NCBI RefSeq assembly: GCF_009914755.1
Contig: NC_060927.1
Direction: 5' to 3' (one strand)
Length of the DNA stretch: 64,000 nucleotides
Origin: the human T2T-CHM13v2.0 reference genome, Homo sapiens
Of this stretch, positions 1 through 16,172 are shown in pieces. The notes below the pieces were generated by a model. That model did no database searches. It saw only the letters and a list, made by a program, of their open reading frames with translations, and was not told the origin of the DNA. Position numbers and translations under genes: made by a program. Every line of letters starts with the position of its first letter. The first letter of the stretch is position 1.

Positions 1-928
1 TGGGGTCTTTCTCAGCAGGCTTGCTTTAATCTACAAGTCATTTGAGAAATGGTCTGATAAACTGGTTCTTCCTTAAATATTGATGACTGAAATATTGGTT
101 AATATTTTAAAAATTAATATCTTAGTTAACATTTTAGCAAATTTCTGGAAGTATAAAGCTTTTATGACTCCATCGTCTTAGAAAACAATCTTTGTGGTAG
201 AATTTCTGGGTACTAACTTAAAATCTGTGAGATATTATGGTTTGTACATAGGATTTTTCCTTTTTTAGGGCCCTAAAAATATGCCACACAGATGGTCTAC
301 TTATAGTATAGTTTTTTCTTTTACTGAATAATTTTCACTTGGTTCTGAGTTCCTTAATGGCAAGAAACTGTGTCATTTACATGTTTGTATCTAGTATTTG
401 GCACTTAATAAATATTCTGTATATTTCTGTATACAAAAAAGCAAAATCAAGGAAAGTCTTATTCTAAATTAATAAGGCCATTTTGCCCAGGAAGTGTGTT
501 AAATGCAGAAGCAAACAACATATTTTTGGTTATAAAAATTTTGTAGTATTCAATTCAATTTTTAGGTAGGAAATCTGGATCAGAAATATTATTATAAACT
601 AAATGCTACATCTGAACTAAAACCAAAATATTTTGCCCATTACTTTTTTATGATAAAATTGTTAATATAATCTTTCTAATAGCAAAGAACAAAATTTAAA
701 ACTTACATATTCTTGTAAAGTTATCTGTGAATACTGTAGAATTTCAGAATAAGTTACTAACAAAATTTAGCCCCCTTTGTTAAATTAAAATTAATAACCC
801 ATTATGGAGCAGTTATCATTTGGAAGGAAGGATGTAAGATCACTAAACCAGACTTTAGTAAGATAGTGAAACAAGAGAGGATAGATTTGCTAATAAAATC
901 ATTCACTGATGATGCTACTTTAAGTGAT

Positions 929-1227
929 ATTTTTTGTTTTTTTGAGAAGGAGTCTCACTCTGCTGCCCAGGCTGGAGGACAGTAGTGTGGTCTCAGCTCA
1001 CTGCAACCTCCACCTCTGGAGTTCAAGAGATTGTCTTGTCTCAGCCTCCCAAGTAGCTGGGATTACAGGCACGCACCATCATGCTTGGCTATTTTTTGTA
1101 TTTTGAGTAGAAACAGGGTTTCAGCCTGGTTTGGTCAGGCTGGACTCCAACTCCTGACATCTGGTGATCTGCCCTGTTCAGCCTCCCAAAGTGCTCAGAT
1201 TACAGGCATGAGCCATCGTGCCTGGCC
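929..1227 (-). mobile_element. Alu SINE, AluS-type, full length
   Basis: Poly-T then reverse-strand dimeric Alu ending ...cctggcc; TSD TAAGTGAT at 921-928 and 1228-1235. Confidence 0.95.
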
Positions 1228-1327
1228 TAAGTGATTTTTAAATTCATTTTTTAATGAATCCAAAGAAAATAGAATAAGTTACAGCTTTCTTTTCTACCTG
1301 AAGCTACCAATTAATATGGTGATTGCA

Positions 1328-1633
1328 TTTTTTTTTTTTTTTTGAGATGAAGTCTCACTCTTTCACCCAGGCTGGACTGCAGTGGTGCTATCTTGGCTCA
1401 CTGCAATACTGCAAACTCCGCCTCCCAGGTTCACGCCATTCTCCTGCCTCAGCCTCCCAAGTAGCTGGGACTACAGGTACCCACCATCACGCCCGGCTAA
1501 TTTTTTCTATTTTTAATAGAGACGGGGGTTTCACCATGTTAGCCAGGATGGTCTCAATCTCCTGACCTTGTGATCTGCCTGCCTCCGCCTCCCAAAGTGC
1601 TGGGATTACAGGCGTGAGCCACCGCGCCTGGCC
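1328..1633 (-). mobile_element. AluY SINE with Yk-like diagnostic bases
   Basis: AluY motifs tcacgccattctcc and gttagccaggatggtctc; sense-strand GATAGC/CAGTCC/GAAAGAG variants; TSD GGTGATTG(C/T)ATTTT at 1318 and 1634. Confidence 0.93.
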
Positions 1634-1850
1634 GGTGATTGTATTTTGATTTAGCACAAAATTTCCCCATTCCATCATCAAAAATACATTAATGTTTAAG
1701 GCAATTTTGATCATATTCTAAACATTTTCATAAAAACTGTGTATCTGGCACTTATTATTGTCCTTTTCATTTGTCTCTAGATTTTGTTACAAAAGTAGAA
1801 AATTGATTAAATGTTAATAGTAGGATTCCATTCTAAAATACTCAGGACAT

Positions 1851-2541
1851 TGTTGCAGCTTCTTCACTCCTGTTGTTCAGGGGAGTGAGAGGCAGTGGTA
1901 AAGCTCTTTTACTCCCACCACTGGTGAGCTTCAGGTTCTTGTCCCATAATCAAGAAGAATAAGACATGCAGACGCCAGAGAGTGAGTAAGGCAGAGTCGG
2001 ATTTATTAAGCAACAGAAAGGAGAGGGGACCCAACAGAGAGTTGCTAAATGCGAGGCTGAGTCTGGGGTTTTTATGGGCTTAGAATGAGGAAATGCAGGC
2101 TGATTGGTTTATGGGTAAGCTTGGGAAAAGCACCATTCAGAAAAAGGTATGATAATGTAAAGAACCAATTAGGGACTGAAGTGAAGGCTTGGACTGTGAC
2201 CAATCAGGGATAGAGTGATGTTATACTTTATGCAAACGAAGATTCAACCTATAGTCAATCACAGAAAGATAGGTATATATAAAATAGTAAAAGGTAAGGA
2301 CCAATCCAGAGGCAGTGCATAAAATGAGACAAAGGTGCACCAAGGAGAGGGAAATGTGTTCAAAAAAGGAGTGGAATTTGTTCATCTGGGTTCACAGAGT
2401 AGGCATGTTCATTCAAGGATGCAGGTATTTTCTTATCTGTGGCCTGCAGCTGGTTTTTCAGTCTGTTCTTGGTTTGAAGAAGTTTTACTGAGCACCCACC
2501 TAACTGCCTGCATGACTGGTTTCTTCCTTCCTCCACTTACA
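1851..2541 (-). mobile_element. ERV1 solo LTR (LTR29/MER83-like, family uncertain)
   Basis: TG...CA termini; reverse strand begins TGTAAGTGGAGGAAGGAAGAAACCAGTC; contains a minus-strand AATAAA (atttattaag on +) and CCAAT-like boxes. Confidence 0.7.
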
Positions 2542-2819
2542 TCATATTTAAAAGTGCATTTGCTTCAGGCCATTTAAAAAGAGATTTTTAAAACAAACCT
2601 AGTCTCCCATGTATTTCCTCAAAAACTACTACGCATGTTTTGAAAAAAGTGACCAATTTGTTGGGAAAAAATGAACATGTTTGTTATTTCTAAACCCAAT
2701 ACAAACAAAACAGCTGAATATTTATTGTTATTGTGTAGCTGATTAATAGCAGCTAAAATGTATGCACACCTACTTGGCAATAGACAGTTACTCTACCCAC
2801 AATCTGGAAATGTAGGAAC

Positions 2820-3360
2820 TATTTTTCCTGTTTTACAGATTTGGAAATTGAAACAAAAAGATTGTATTAGTCAGTGTTCTCTAGAGGGACAGAACTAATG
2901 GAATATATATCAAAAATCTATATCTATCTATCTATCTGGGGAGTTTATTAAGTATTGTCACATGATCACAAGGTCCCACAATATGCCATCTACAGGCTGA
3001 GAAGCAAGGAGAGCCAGTCAGAGTTACAAAAGGGATCAACTTGGAGTCCAATGTTTGAGGGCAGGAAGCATCCAGCATGGGAGAAAGATGTAGGCTGGGA
3101 GGCTAGGGTAGTCTCTCTTTTCATATTATTCTGCCTGCTTATATTCTAGCTGTGCTGGTAGCTGATTAGATTGTGCCCACCCAGATTAAGGGTGGGTTTA
3201 GCTTTCCCAGCCCACTGACTCAAATGTTAATCTCCTTTGGCAACACCCACACAGACACACCCAGGGTCTAAACTTTGTATCCTTCAATCCAATCATGTTG
3301 AAACTCAGTCTTATCATCACAAAGATTTTTAAAAATTGCCCAAGGTCAAACACTTGAAAT
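2820..3360 (-). mobile_element. MIR SINE fragment split by the MLT2A1 LTR
   Basis: MIR core ttttacagat..gaaattgaaaca before 2862 resumes as aattgcccaaggtca after 3326. Confidence 0.55.
2863..3321 (-). mobile_element. MLT2A1 solo LTR (HERV-L)
   Basis: Reverse complement of the MLT2A LTR (tgtattagtcag...catcaca); perfect 5-bp TSD AAGAT at 2858-2862 and 3322-3326; homologous to the LTRs at 58894 and 61770. Confidence 0.92.
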
Positions 3361-4374
3361 AAAATCCAGTTTTGTCAAAAGCCAACATCTTCTAAGAAAG
3401 ACCCCATAGTGCCTCAAACCATACTATGTACAATTTTGTTTACATTCCTGAAAGATCTGAGTCACCAAACATGGGGAGAGCACAGTAGTTAAGGGGCAAA
3501 AAACTCTAAGATAGAGATGTTCCTAATAAGTTGCTTGAAATGGATGTAAATTTGGTTTTAGGATAGGATATGAAAATCTATTCAGAGGAAGAAGAAATTT
3601 GCTTTTTTCCCCCTCCTCTCCATGTTTAGTAGAAGCTGGATCCAGGCTGGTTTTTCTTGAAGCTAAAAGACATTGAGCACATTCTATGCAGTAAATGCAA
3701 GATAAAACATTTTTCACAATGGTAAGTTTTTAAAAAGTTAAGAATTCATGCCTACATAATAAATATAAACAATATATAGGTTTTTTTCTGGATAATAAAC
3801 AGGAGACTGTTGACATCAACTTAACATATATCATTTTCAAATTTTATGTGCCAAGGAACTCTTTACAAAAATTAAATGGCGTGTATCAAACCTAATAAAT
3901 ACAACAATTTAAAGGGTAGTTTTGTTTAAATGGTGGGAGGAGGAATATGAAGAGGACAGTGTCGCTACAGAATTACTTGGTGCTTCACCTGCAGAGTTAA
4001 GAGTTCTTGGGCCATGTTTTAAAATTATAAATTTATAATATCTGAAGTTTGTAAGTTCCATCCTAATTTTCTGTAATGGGAAGAAATAAAAATGGCTAAG
4101 ACAGCCAAGCAAAACTTATATATTCCACTAAAATCAGTGAAGGTCAAGTCTTTCAGATTATGTTCAATAATTAGCAGGTAGATTAGGGTTAATAGTTTCA
4201 AACATGTAAAATCTGCATAAATTCTCAAGACTGGGAGAAGAAGAGGCTATGAAAGGAAGGTTTTAAGAGATAAGAGCACATCTTTGGGGTTAAGATGATG
4301 GATTCTGCAAGAAGATAAGAACAAAACAAAGTAGTAGACCACTTAGTAATCTTTCTTTAATGCCTTGAACTTGA

Positions 4375-4838
4375 AACTGACGACAAATTTGGCAGCTTAA
4401 GAAAATACAATCTTATTTTCATACAGTTCTGGAAGCCAGAAATCAGACGTCTGTTTCACTGGACCAAAGTCAGGCACTGCTGATTTTTTTTTTTTTTTTC
4501 TTTGGAGGTTCTGGGGAAGAATCTGTGCCTGGAAGTCATCTGCATCCCCTGGCTCATGATGTCTTCCTCGTATAACTCCAAACTCTTGCTTTCTTTACCA
4601 CATCCCCTACTTGTTGTTTTGTAGTCAAATTTTTCTCTGCCTCCCTCTTTTAAGAACACTGTGATTGCGTTTGGAACCCTCCTCAATAATTTAACAATGT
4701 GTTCATCTCAAGATCTTTTATCACAAAATCCTTAAATACACCACATCTACAAAGTCCCTTTTGCCATTTAAGGTAATATTCACAAGTTCTGATTATTAGA
4801 GCATGAACATGTTTGGAATCCATTATGCACGTATTGCA
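4375..4838 (-). mobile_element. MaLR LTR (MLT1D/E-like)
   Basis: acagttctggaagccagaaatc, ggaggttctggggaagaatc and aaggtaatattcacaagttct match the MLT1 reverse strand; ends approximate. Confidence 0.75.
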
Positions 4839-5273
4839 ATGATTTTACCAAAGATTTTTATGTGGTTGTGTGAGCATCTTAATTAAACCAATTTTCATGT
4901 GAAGATAGTAAAAGAAGGTCATAATTAGAAAATTAGGATAAAATAACATCAAAAATCTACACTTTTGTTAAGTCAGATATTACAAGTAATATTTTTCAAG
5001 TTAAATTATTCAGAATATGTTAGTTTCAAATTTTACAATTTGTCTGAGAGAGATGTTATTAGCTTATATGGTGTAAGAAACAAAATTGTAAACTATATAG
5101 ATTGTGCTCTATTTCCTGTCTTCATATTCCTTTATGGTGTCTTGTTTGTTGAATTAGTATCTTTCACATAAGCAATATTTTTCTTTTCTTTTCCTTCTAT
5201 CCATAATTACTATGTAAAAAAGTTGCCTTGTATACTGGTGCTACAATTCACTATAAGAAAAAGGAATAAAAAA

Positions 5274-5290
5274 TGTGTGTGTGTGTGTGT
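5274..5290. repeat. (TG)n microsatellite
   Basis: About 8 TG units read directly. Confidence 0.9.
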
Positions 5291-5476
5291 ATATGTGTAT
5301 GTTATATGCATCATCAAATATTAATATTTGCTTTTATTTTTGCTGAGAATGTGGCTAATTCACATTATAATGTTAAAATATTAACATTAACATGTTAACA
5401 CTGAGAGGGAGAAAATTAGAAGGGAAAATACCATAAGAGATCATTGAAGCTATAAATGCTCAGAAAAAAACAAAAC

Positions 5477-7530
5477 AGAAAGTCCTAGCCAGAGCAATCT
5501 GACAAGAGAAAGAAATAAAGGGCACCCAAAGAGGAAGAGAGAAAGTCAAGCTATCTCTGTTAGCAGAAGACATGATTCTATATCTAGAAAAACCCATAAT
5601 CTTGGCTCAAAAGTTCTTTCAGCTGATAAAAAACTTTAGCAATGTTTCACAATACAAAATCAACCCACAAAAATCACTAGCATTCCTATACACCAATAGC
5701 CATGCTGAGAGCCAAATCAGCAAGGCAATCCCACTCACAACCACCAGAAAAGAAGAAAAAAAAAATACCTAGGAATAAAGCTAACCTGGGAGGTGAAAGA
5801 TCTCTACAATGAGAATTGCAAAACACTTGCAAATCAGAGATGACACAAACAAATGGAAAAACATTCCATGCTCAGGAATAGGAAGAATCAATATCATTAA
5901 AATGGCCATACTGCCCAAAACAATTCACAGATTCAATGCTATCAAACTACCTACGATGTTCGTCACAGTACTAGAAAAAAAAAAAAAAACTATTTTAAAG
6001 TATATATGGAGTCATAAAAGAGCCCAAATAGCAGAGGCAAACCTCAGCAAAATAAAAAAACTGGAGGCATCACATTACCCAATTTCAAACTGTATACCAC
6101 AGGGCTACAGTAAGCAAAACAGCATGGTAGTGGTACAAAACCAGGAATATAGATCTATGGAACAGAATAGAGAGTACAGAAACAAGGTCACACATCTATG
6201 ACCATCTCATCTTTGACAAAGCTGACAAAAACAAGTCATGGGGAAAAAACTTCCTATTCAAATGGTGCTGGGATAACTGGCTAGCTATATGCTAAAGATT
6301 TAAGTTGGACACCTTCCTGACATGATATACAAAAATAAACTCAAGATGAAATAAAGACTTAAATGTAAAACCCAAAACTATAAACACCCTGGAAGACAAC
6401 CTAGGAAATACCATCCTGGACACAGGAACAGGCAAAAATTTCGTGACAAACACACCAAAAGCAATCCGAACACAAGCAAAAATTGACAAAATCTAATTAA
6501 ACTTAAGAGCTTCTGCACAGCAAATGAAAACTATCAACAGAGTAAACAGACAACCTATAAAATGGGAGAATATTTTTGCAAACTATACATCTGACTAAGG
6601 CCTAATATCCAGTATCTATAAGGAACTTAACTTTACAAGAGAAAAACAAACAACCCCATTAAAAAATGGGCAGAACAGATGAACAGACAATTTTCAAAAG
6701 AAAACATACATGTGGCCAACAAACACATGAAAAAAAGCTCTATATCATTGATTATTAGAGAAATGCAAATCAAAACGACAATGAGACATTACCTCACACC
6801 AGTCAGAATAGCAATTACTAAAAAGTAAAAAAGATAACAGATGCCAGTGAGGTTGCAGAGAAAAGGGAACACTTATACACTGTTGGTGGGAGCATAAATT
6901 AGTTCAATCATTGTGGAAAGTAGTATGGAGATTCCTCAAAGAGCTAAAAGCAGAACTACCATTTGATCCAGCAATCTCATTCCTGGTTATATACTCAGAA
7001 AAGTATAAATCTTTCTATGATAAAAACACATGCATATGTTAGGTTCATTGCAGCAGTATTCACAATAGCAAAGACATGGAATCTACCTAAATACCTATCA
7101 ATGACAGATTGGATAAAGAAAATGTGGTACAGATATATCATGGAATACTATGAAGCCATAAAACAGAATGAGATCATGTCTTTTGCTGGAACATGGTTGG
7201 AGCTGGAGGCCATTATCCTTTGCAAACTAACACAGGAATGGAAAACCAAATGCCACATGTTCTTGCTCACAGATGGGAGTTAAATGATAACAACTCATGA
7301 ACCCAAAGAATGGAACAACAGACAATGGGGTCTATATGAGGGTGGAGGATGGAAGGAGGTAGAGGAGCAGAAAAATTAACTATTGGGTACTAGCTTTACT
7401 ACCTGGATGATGAAATAATCTGTACAACAAATCTCCATGACACAAGTTTACATACATAGCAAACCTTCACATGTACCCCTGAATGTAAAATAAAAGTTAA
7501 ACTAAACAAAACAAAACAAACAAACAAAAG
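5477..7530 (+). mobile_element. 5'-truncated LINE-1, L1PA15/16-like
   Basis: Degenerate ORF2 C-terminal frames (5572, 5809, 6963), 3'UTR with gagcagaaaa-ttaactattgggtact, AATAAA and an A-rich tail. Confidence 0.9.
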
Positions 7531-7539
7531 ATCAACAAA

Positions 7540-7710
7540 AGATCTATAGTCCTGGTTTTGTACCACTACCATGCTGTTTTGCTTACTGTAGCCCTGTGGT
7601 ATACAGTTTGAAATTGGGTAATGTGATGCCTCCAGTTTTTTTATTTTGCTGAGGTTTGCCTCTGCTATTTGGGCTCTTTTTTGATTCCATATATACTTTA
7701 AAATAGTTTT
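7540..7710 (-). repeat. Inverted ~170 bp copy of 5986-6156
   Basis: Reverse complement matches the upstream L1 segment with 3 mismatches by manual alignment. Confidence 0.95.
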
Positions 7711-7759
7711 AAATAAGATAAATAAACTTCAATGATAACACATTTTTCTTGCTTCAGTA

Positions 7760-8200
7760 ACTAGAGGTCTCAGATTAGGGATCAATACAGAACATTCTAC
7801 TTTTTGGCAAAGATCTCTTCTCCTGATGATCTCTTTAGGGCAAGTCTGGAACCAAGATGACTGCAGGGCTTCTAAGCCTTGTAACTCGCATGACAATACC
7901 AGAAGTAGAAAAAGTGAGATGATTCCAGATGGTTTATAAGAGGAAAAAAGAATAAATTTTCCAGCTATGACTAAACAACAATATTTCTTATCAGTCTGAA
8001 TTGTGTCACATGCCCAAACCTGAACGATCATCAAGAGGATTGGCGTGATCCTAAGACACAGGCTAACTGCAGGAGCTGAAAGTTGAAGCAGCCATGCTTG
8101 TTGCATGGTCTGTGGTGGGAAGTGGTTGATATCTACAGAAAATTGGGCATTCAATCTTAATGAGAAGAATGAAAGAGGGAAACAAATGTTATATGCTTAA
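7760..8200 (-). mobile_element. Ancient MaLR LTR remnant (MLT1J/K/L-like)
   Basis: attgtgtcacatgcccaaacctgaac motif and general layout; highly diverged, boundaries approximate. Confidence 0.4.
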
Positions 8201-9595
8201 CCAAAAATATTAACAATGGGAACTCCACGAATGGGGGTTATTCCAATGAAGACACTTGTTAGAAAGCATAGTTAAAAAGACAAAAGAAAAAGGAAAGGTA
8301 AAACTTTGATTTAATATCCCAGTAGAATCTAATTAACAGCATATTGTGTAAAATATCTAATATATGTCAATAGTCACAGAGTATCTCTGTAACCACGTTA
8401 AGTGCATTTTTCAAATCTAACAATGACATAAAGAAAAAGAGAGAAAGAAAGAGATAGAGATAGATGGAGAGAGAGATTCTGTGGTAATTACATAATAAAA
8501 AGGCATTTATGGTAAATAGGGAATACACCACATTTTAAAAAAGTTATTTCAAGGGTAGAGCCAAGATGGCCGAATAGGAACAGCTCCGGTCTACAGCTCC
8601 TAGCGTGAGCGATGCAGAAGACGGGTGATTTCTGCATTTCCATCTGAGGTACCAGGTTCATCTCACTAGGAAGTGCCAGACAGTGGGTGCAGGACAGTGG
8701 GTGCAGTGCACTGTGCACGAGCCGAAGCAGGGTGAGGCACTACCTCACTCCAGAAGTGCAAGGGGTCAGGGAGTTCCCTTTCCTAGTCAAAGAAAGGGGT
8801 GACAGATGGCATCTGGAAAATCGGGCCATTCCCACCCTAATACTGCGCTTTTCCATTGGGCTTAAAAAATGGCACACCAGGAGATTATATCCCACACATG
8901 GCTTGGAGGGTCCTACGCTCACGGAGTCTCACTGATTGCTAGCACAGCAATCTGAGATCAAACTGCAAGGCAGCAGTGAGGCTGGGGGAGGGGCGCCTGC
9001 CATTGCCCAGGCTTGATTAGGTAAACTAAGCAGCCTGGAAGCTCAAACTGGGTGGAGCCCACCACAGCTCAAGAAGGCCTGCCTGCCTCTGTAGGCTCCA
9101 CCTCTGGGGGCAGGGCACAGACAAAACAAAAGACAGCAGTAACCTCCGCAGACTTAAATGTCCCTGTCTGACAGCTTTGAAGAGAGTAGTGGTTCTCCCA
9201 GCACGCAGCTGGAGATCTGAGAACGGGCAGACTGCCTCCTCAAGTGGGTCCCTGAACCCCGAGCAGCCTAACTGGGTGGCACCCCCCAGTAGGGGCAGAC
9301 TGACACCTCACACAGCTGGGTACTCCTCTGAGACAAAACTTCCAGAGGAATGATCAGGCAGCAGCAGTTGCGGGTCACCAAAATCCGCTGTTCTACAGCC
9401 ACCGCTGCTCCACAGCCACTGCTGCTGACACCCAGGAAAATAGGGTCTGGAGTGGACCTCTAGCAAACTCCAACAGACCTGCAGCTGAGGGTCCTATCTG
9501 TTAGAAGGAAAACTAACAAACAGAAAGGACATCCACACCAAAACCCATCTGTACGTCACCATCATCAAAGACCAAAAGTAGATAAAACCACAAAG

Positions 9596-10611
9596 ATGGG
9601 GAAAAAACAGAGCAGAAAAACTGGAAACTCTAAAAAGCAGAGCGCCTCTCCTCCTCCAAAACAACGCAGTTCCTCACCAGCAATGGAACAAAGCTGGACG
9701 CAGAAGGACTTTGACGAGTTGAGAGAAGAAGGCTTCAGACGATCAAACAACTCCGAGCTACAGGAGGAAATTCAAACCAATGGCAAAGAAGTTAGAATCC
9801 TTGAAAAAAAATTAGACGAATGGATAACTAGAATAACCAATGCAGAGAAGTCCTTAAAGGACCGGATGGAGCTGAAAGCCAAGGCTCGAGAACTACGTGA
9901 AGAATGCAGAAGCCTCAGGAGCCGATGCGATCAACTGGAAGAAACGGTATCAGTGATGGAAGATGAAATGAATGAAATGAAGTGAGAAGGGAAGTTTAGA
10001 GAAAAAATAATAAAAAGAAACAAACAAAGCCTCCAAGAAATATGGGACTATATGAAAAGACCAAATCTATGTCTGATTGGTGTACCTGAAAGTGATGGGG
10101 AGAATGGAACCAAGTTGGAAAACACTCTGCAGGATATTATCCAGGAGAACTTCCCCAATCTAGCAAGGCAGGCCAACATTCAGATTCAGGAAATACAGAG
10201 AACGCCACAAAGATACTCCTTGAGAAGAGCAACTCCAAGACACATAATTGTCAGATTCACCAAAGTTGAAATGAAGGAAAAAATGTTAAGGGCAGCCAGA
10301 GAGAAAGGTCAGGTTACCCACAAAGTGAAGCCCATCAGACTAACAGCAGATCTCTTGGCAGAAACTCTACAAGCCAGAAGAGAGTGGGGGCCAACATTCA
10401 ACATTCTTAAAGAAAAGAATTTTCAACACAGAGTTTCATATCCAGCCAAACTAAGCTTCATAAGTGAAGGAGAAATAAAACACTTTAAGACAAGCAAATG
10501 CTGAGAGATTTTGTCACCACCAGGCCTGCCCTAAAAGAGCTCCAGAAGGAAGCACTAAACATAGATAGGAAGAACCAGTACCAGCCACTGCAAAAACATG
10601 CCAAAATGTAA
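9596..10611 (+). pseudogene. L1 ORF1p remnant (stop at 9983-9985, frameshift near 10485)
   Basis: ORFs 9596..9985 (MGKKQSRKTGNSK...) and 10052..10504 are consecutive ORF1p pieces. Confidence 0.95.
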
Positions 10612-10659
10612 AGACCATCAAGGCTAGGAAGAAACTGCATCAACTAACGAGAAAAATAA

Positions 10660-14394
<3,735 letters not shown>

Positions 14395-14840
14395 ACAATG
14401 AGAATACATGGACACAGGAAGGGGAACATCACAATCTGGGGCCTGTTGTGGGGTGGGGGGAGGGGGAGGGATAGCATTAGGAGATATACCTAATGTTAAA
14501 TGATGAGTTAATGGGTGCAGCACACCAACATGGCACATGTATACGTATGTAACTAACCTGCACATTGTGCACATGTACCCTAAAACTTAAAGTGTAATGA
14601 TAATAAAATTTTAAAAAAAAGTTATTGCAAAATTCAAGTTAAGCCTGTATTGACTACATAGCACATTTTAAAATTAACCAAAGTTTAGGGTCATTTGAAT
14701 AGCAGGCACTAAATATCTCAAAGTAATAACGTATGATTTTCAATTTTTAACTTTTTTCAGTGAGAAATATTGCCCAAATAAATAGAAAATGGAATATTTC
14801 TATCTTACGTTATTAAAGCAAGAATTACGATTAAATTCAC

Positions 14841-15192
14841 TGTTAATCCATTTTGCATTGCTATAAAGGAATGCCTGTGTGTTTTAGCTCATTTTCATGC
14901 TGCTATTAAGAAATACTTGAGGCTGAGTAATTTATAAAGAAAGAGCTGGTACTTCACATGGCCACAGCATGAACGAGAGAGAGAGAGAGAGGGAGCGCTG
15001 CCACACACTTTCAAACAACCAGATCTCATAAAAACCAACAGAGAGAACTCACTCATTGCCACAGAGAGGGCACCATGCCATTCATGAGGGATCTGTCTCC
15101 AAGACACAAACACCTCCTACTAGACCCTGCCTCAAACATTGGGGATTACATTTTGACAAGAGATTTAGAGTAGATAAATATGAAACTATCTA
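14841..15192 (-). mobile_element. MaLR LTR, MSTA/MSTB-like, rearranged
   Basis: ttgcattgctataaaggaa, ccacacactttcaaacaaccagatctc, gccattcatgagggatct and cattggggattacattt are MST reverse-strand motifs. Confidence 0.85.
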
Positions 15193-16172
15193 CTTACCAT
15201 TTAGTTTGTTCCTATGTAACAACTGAACACACTCATTTAAAAAGTCAAATCTGTTTTTTGGTGAGAAGTCTGCAGTGACCAGTTTTCTGTATAACTTTTC
15301 ATTTTTAAATGGTTATTTCAGTTTTATGTACACACAGCTCAGTTGTGACATTTAATGATCATATCTGTCTGTATATTATTGATTTGGCATCATCAAATAT
15401 TATGTTGATATTAAAAAAGATTGAAATGACTGTTGATTTATTTTCATAAAAAAATTTAGCTTAAAATCTCATAAATTACTGTAGTTTAATGATGAGTAAA
15501 TGTAAACTAAAGCATTCAGATTTCTTGTATTTTTTAGTTAATATGTGTAGCTATCTTTTATATTGGAAAAAGGAGGAAAGAGAAATAATTTTCATCATAA
15601 AAGTTTTTCAAATATATATATATTTTTTGTAATCTTTCACTGCAAGACCTAAATTAGTGAACCTCTACCTCAAGCAGGAAAAAAACTTTATAAATGACCT
15701 AGTAGAAAAATCAGAGAACAATAAACCATAAAGCATTCAGACTCATCAAAATCCTCAGCTCAGCAAGGTATTTTCTGCTAACTTAAAAACGTGTAAAAAC
15801 AGGACAGCTCCCAAATTTCATTACCTATGGGACAGATATGTTAGAATGACCATTTTAATATGAAAACTAACATGATTTATGAATTGAGATCTAATCAAAT
15901 TAAGTGTAATGTAGTCATTTCTACTGCTGATTTCTAATAGCTTTTTTAAACCTAGAATACTTATGTATGCATACTTCAAGGTATAACGAATTTGCTTGTC
16001 TTTAAATTGTCTTTTTGTTTGTTTTTATGTTCCGTGTGCTTGTTCTAGAAAGGACAGAGGTACATTTAAACTTTTACAAAAATTTGACAGGAATAATTAA
16101 AATCACACTTCAAAATATTTTCTGGTCATGAATACAAATTATTGGTATATTTGAAAATTAAGCTATCTGACT

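Noticed and set aside
924-1714. Short ORFs over Alus (also 26620-27013, 43212-43469, 53061-53423)
   Set aside because: Typical Alu translation artefacts.
7729-8154. 141-aa minus-strand ORF
   Set aside because: Non-ATG start, no recognisable domain, and overlaps a probable ancient MaLR remnant.
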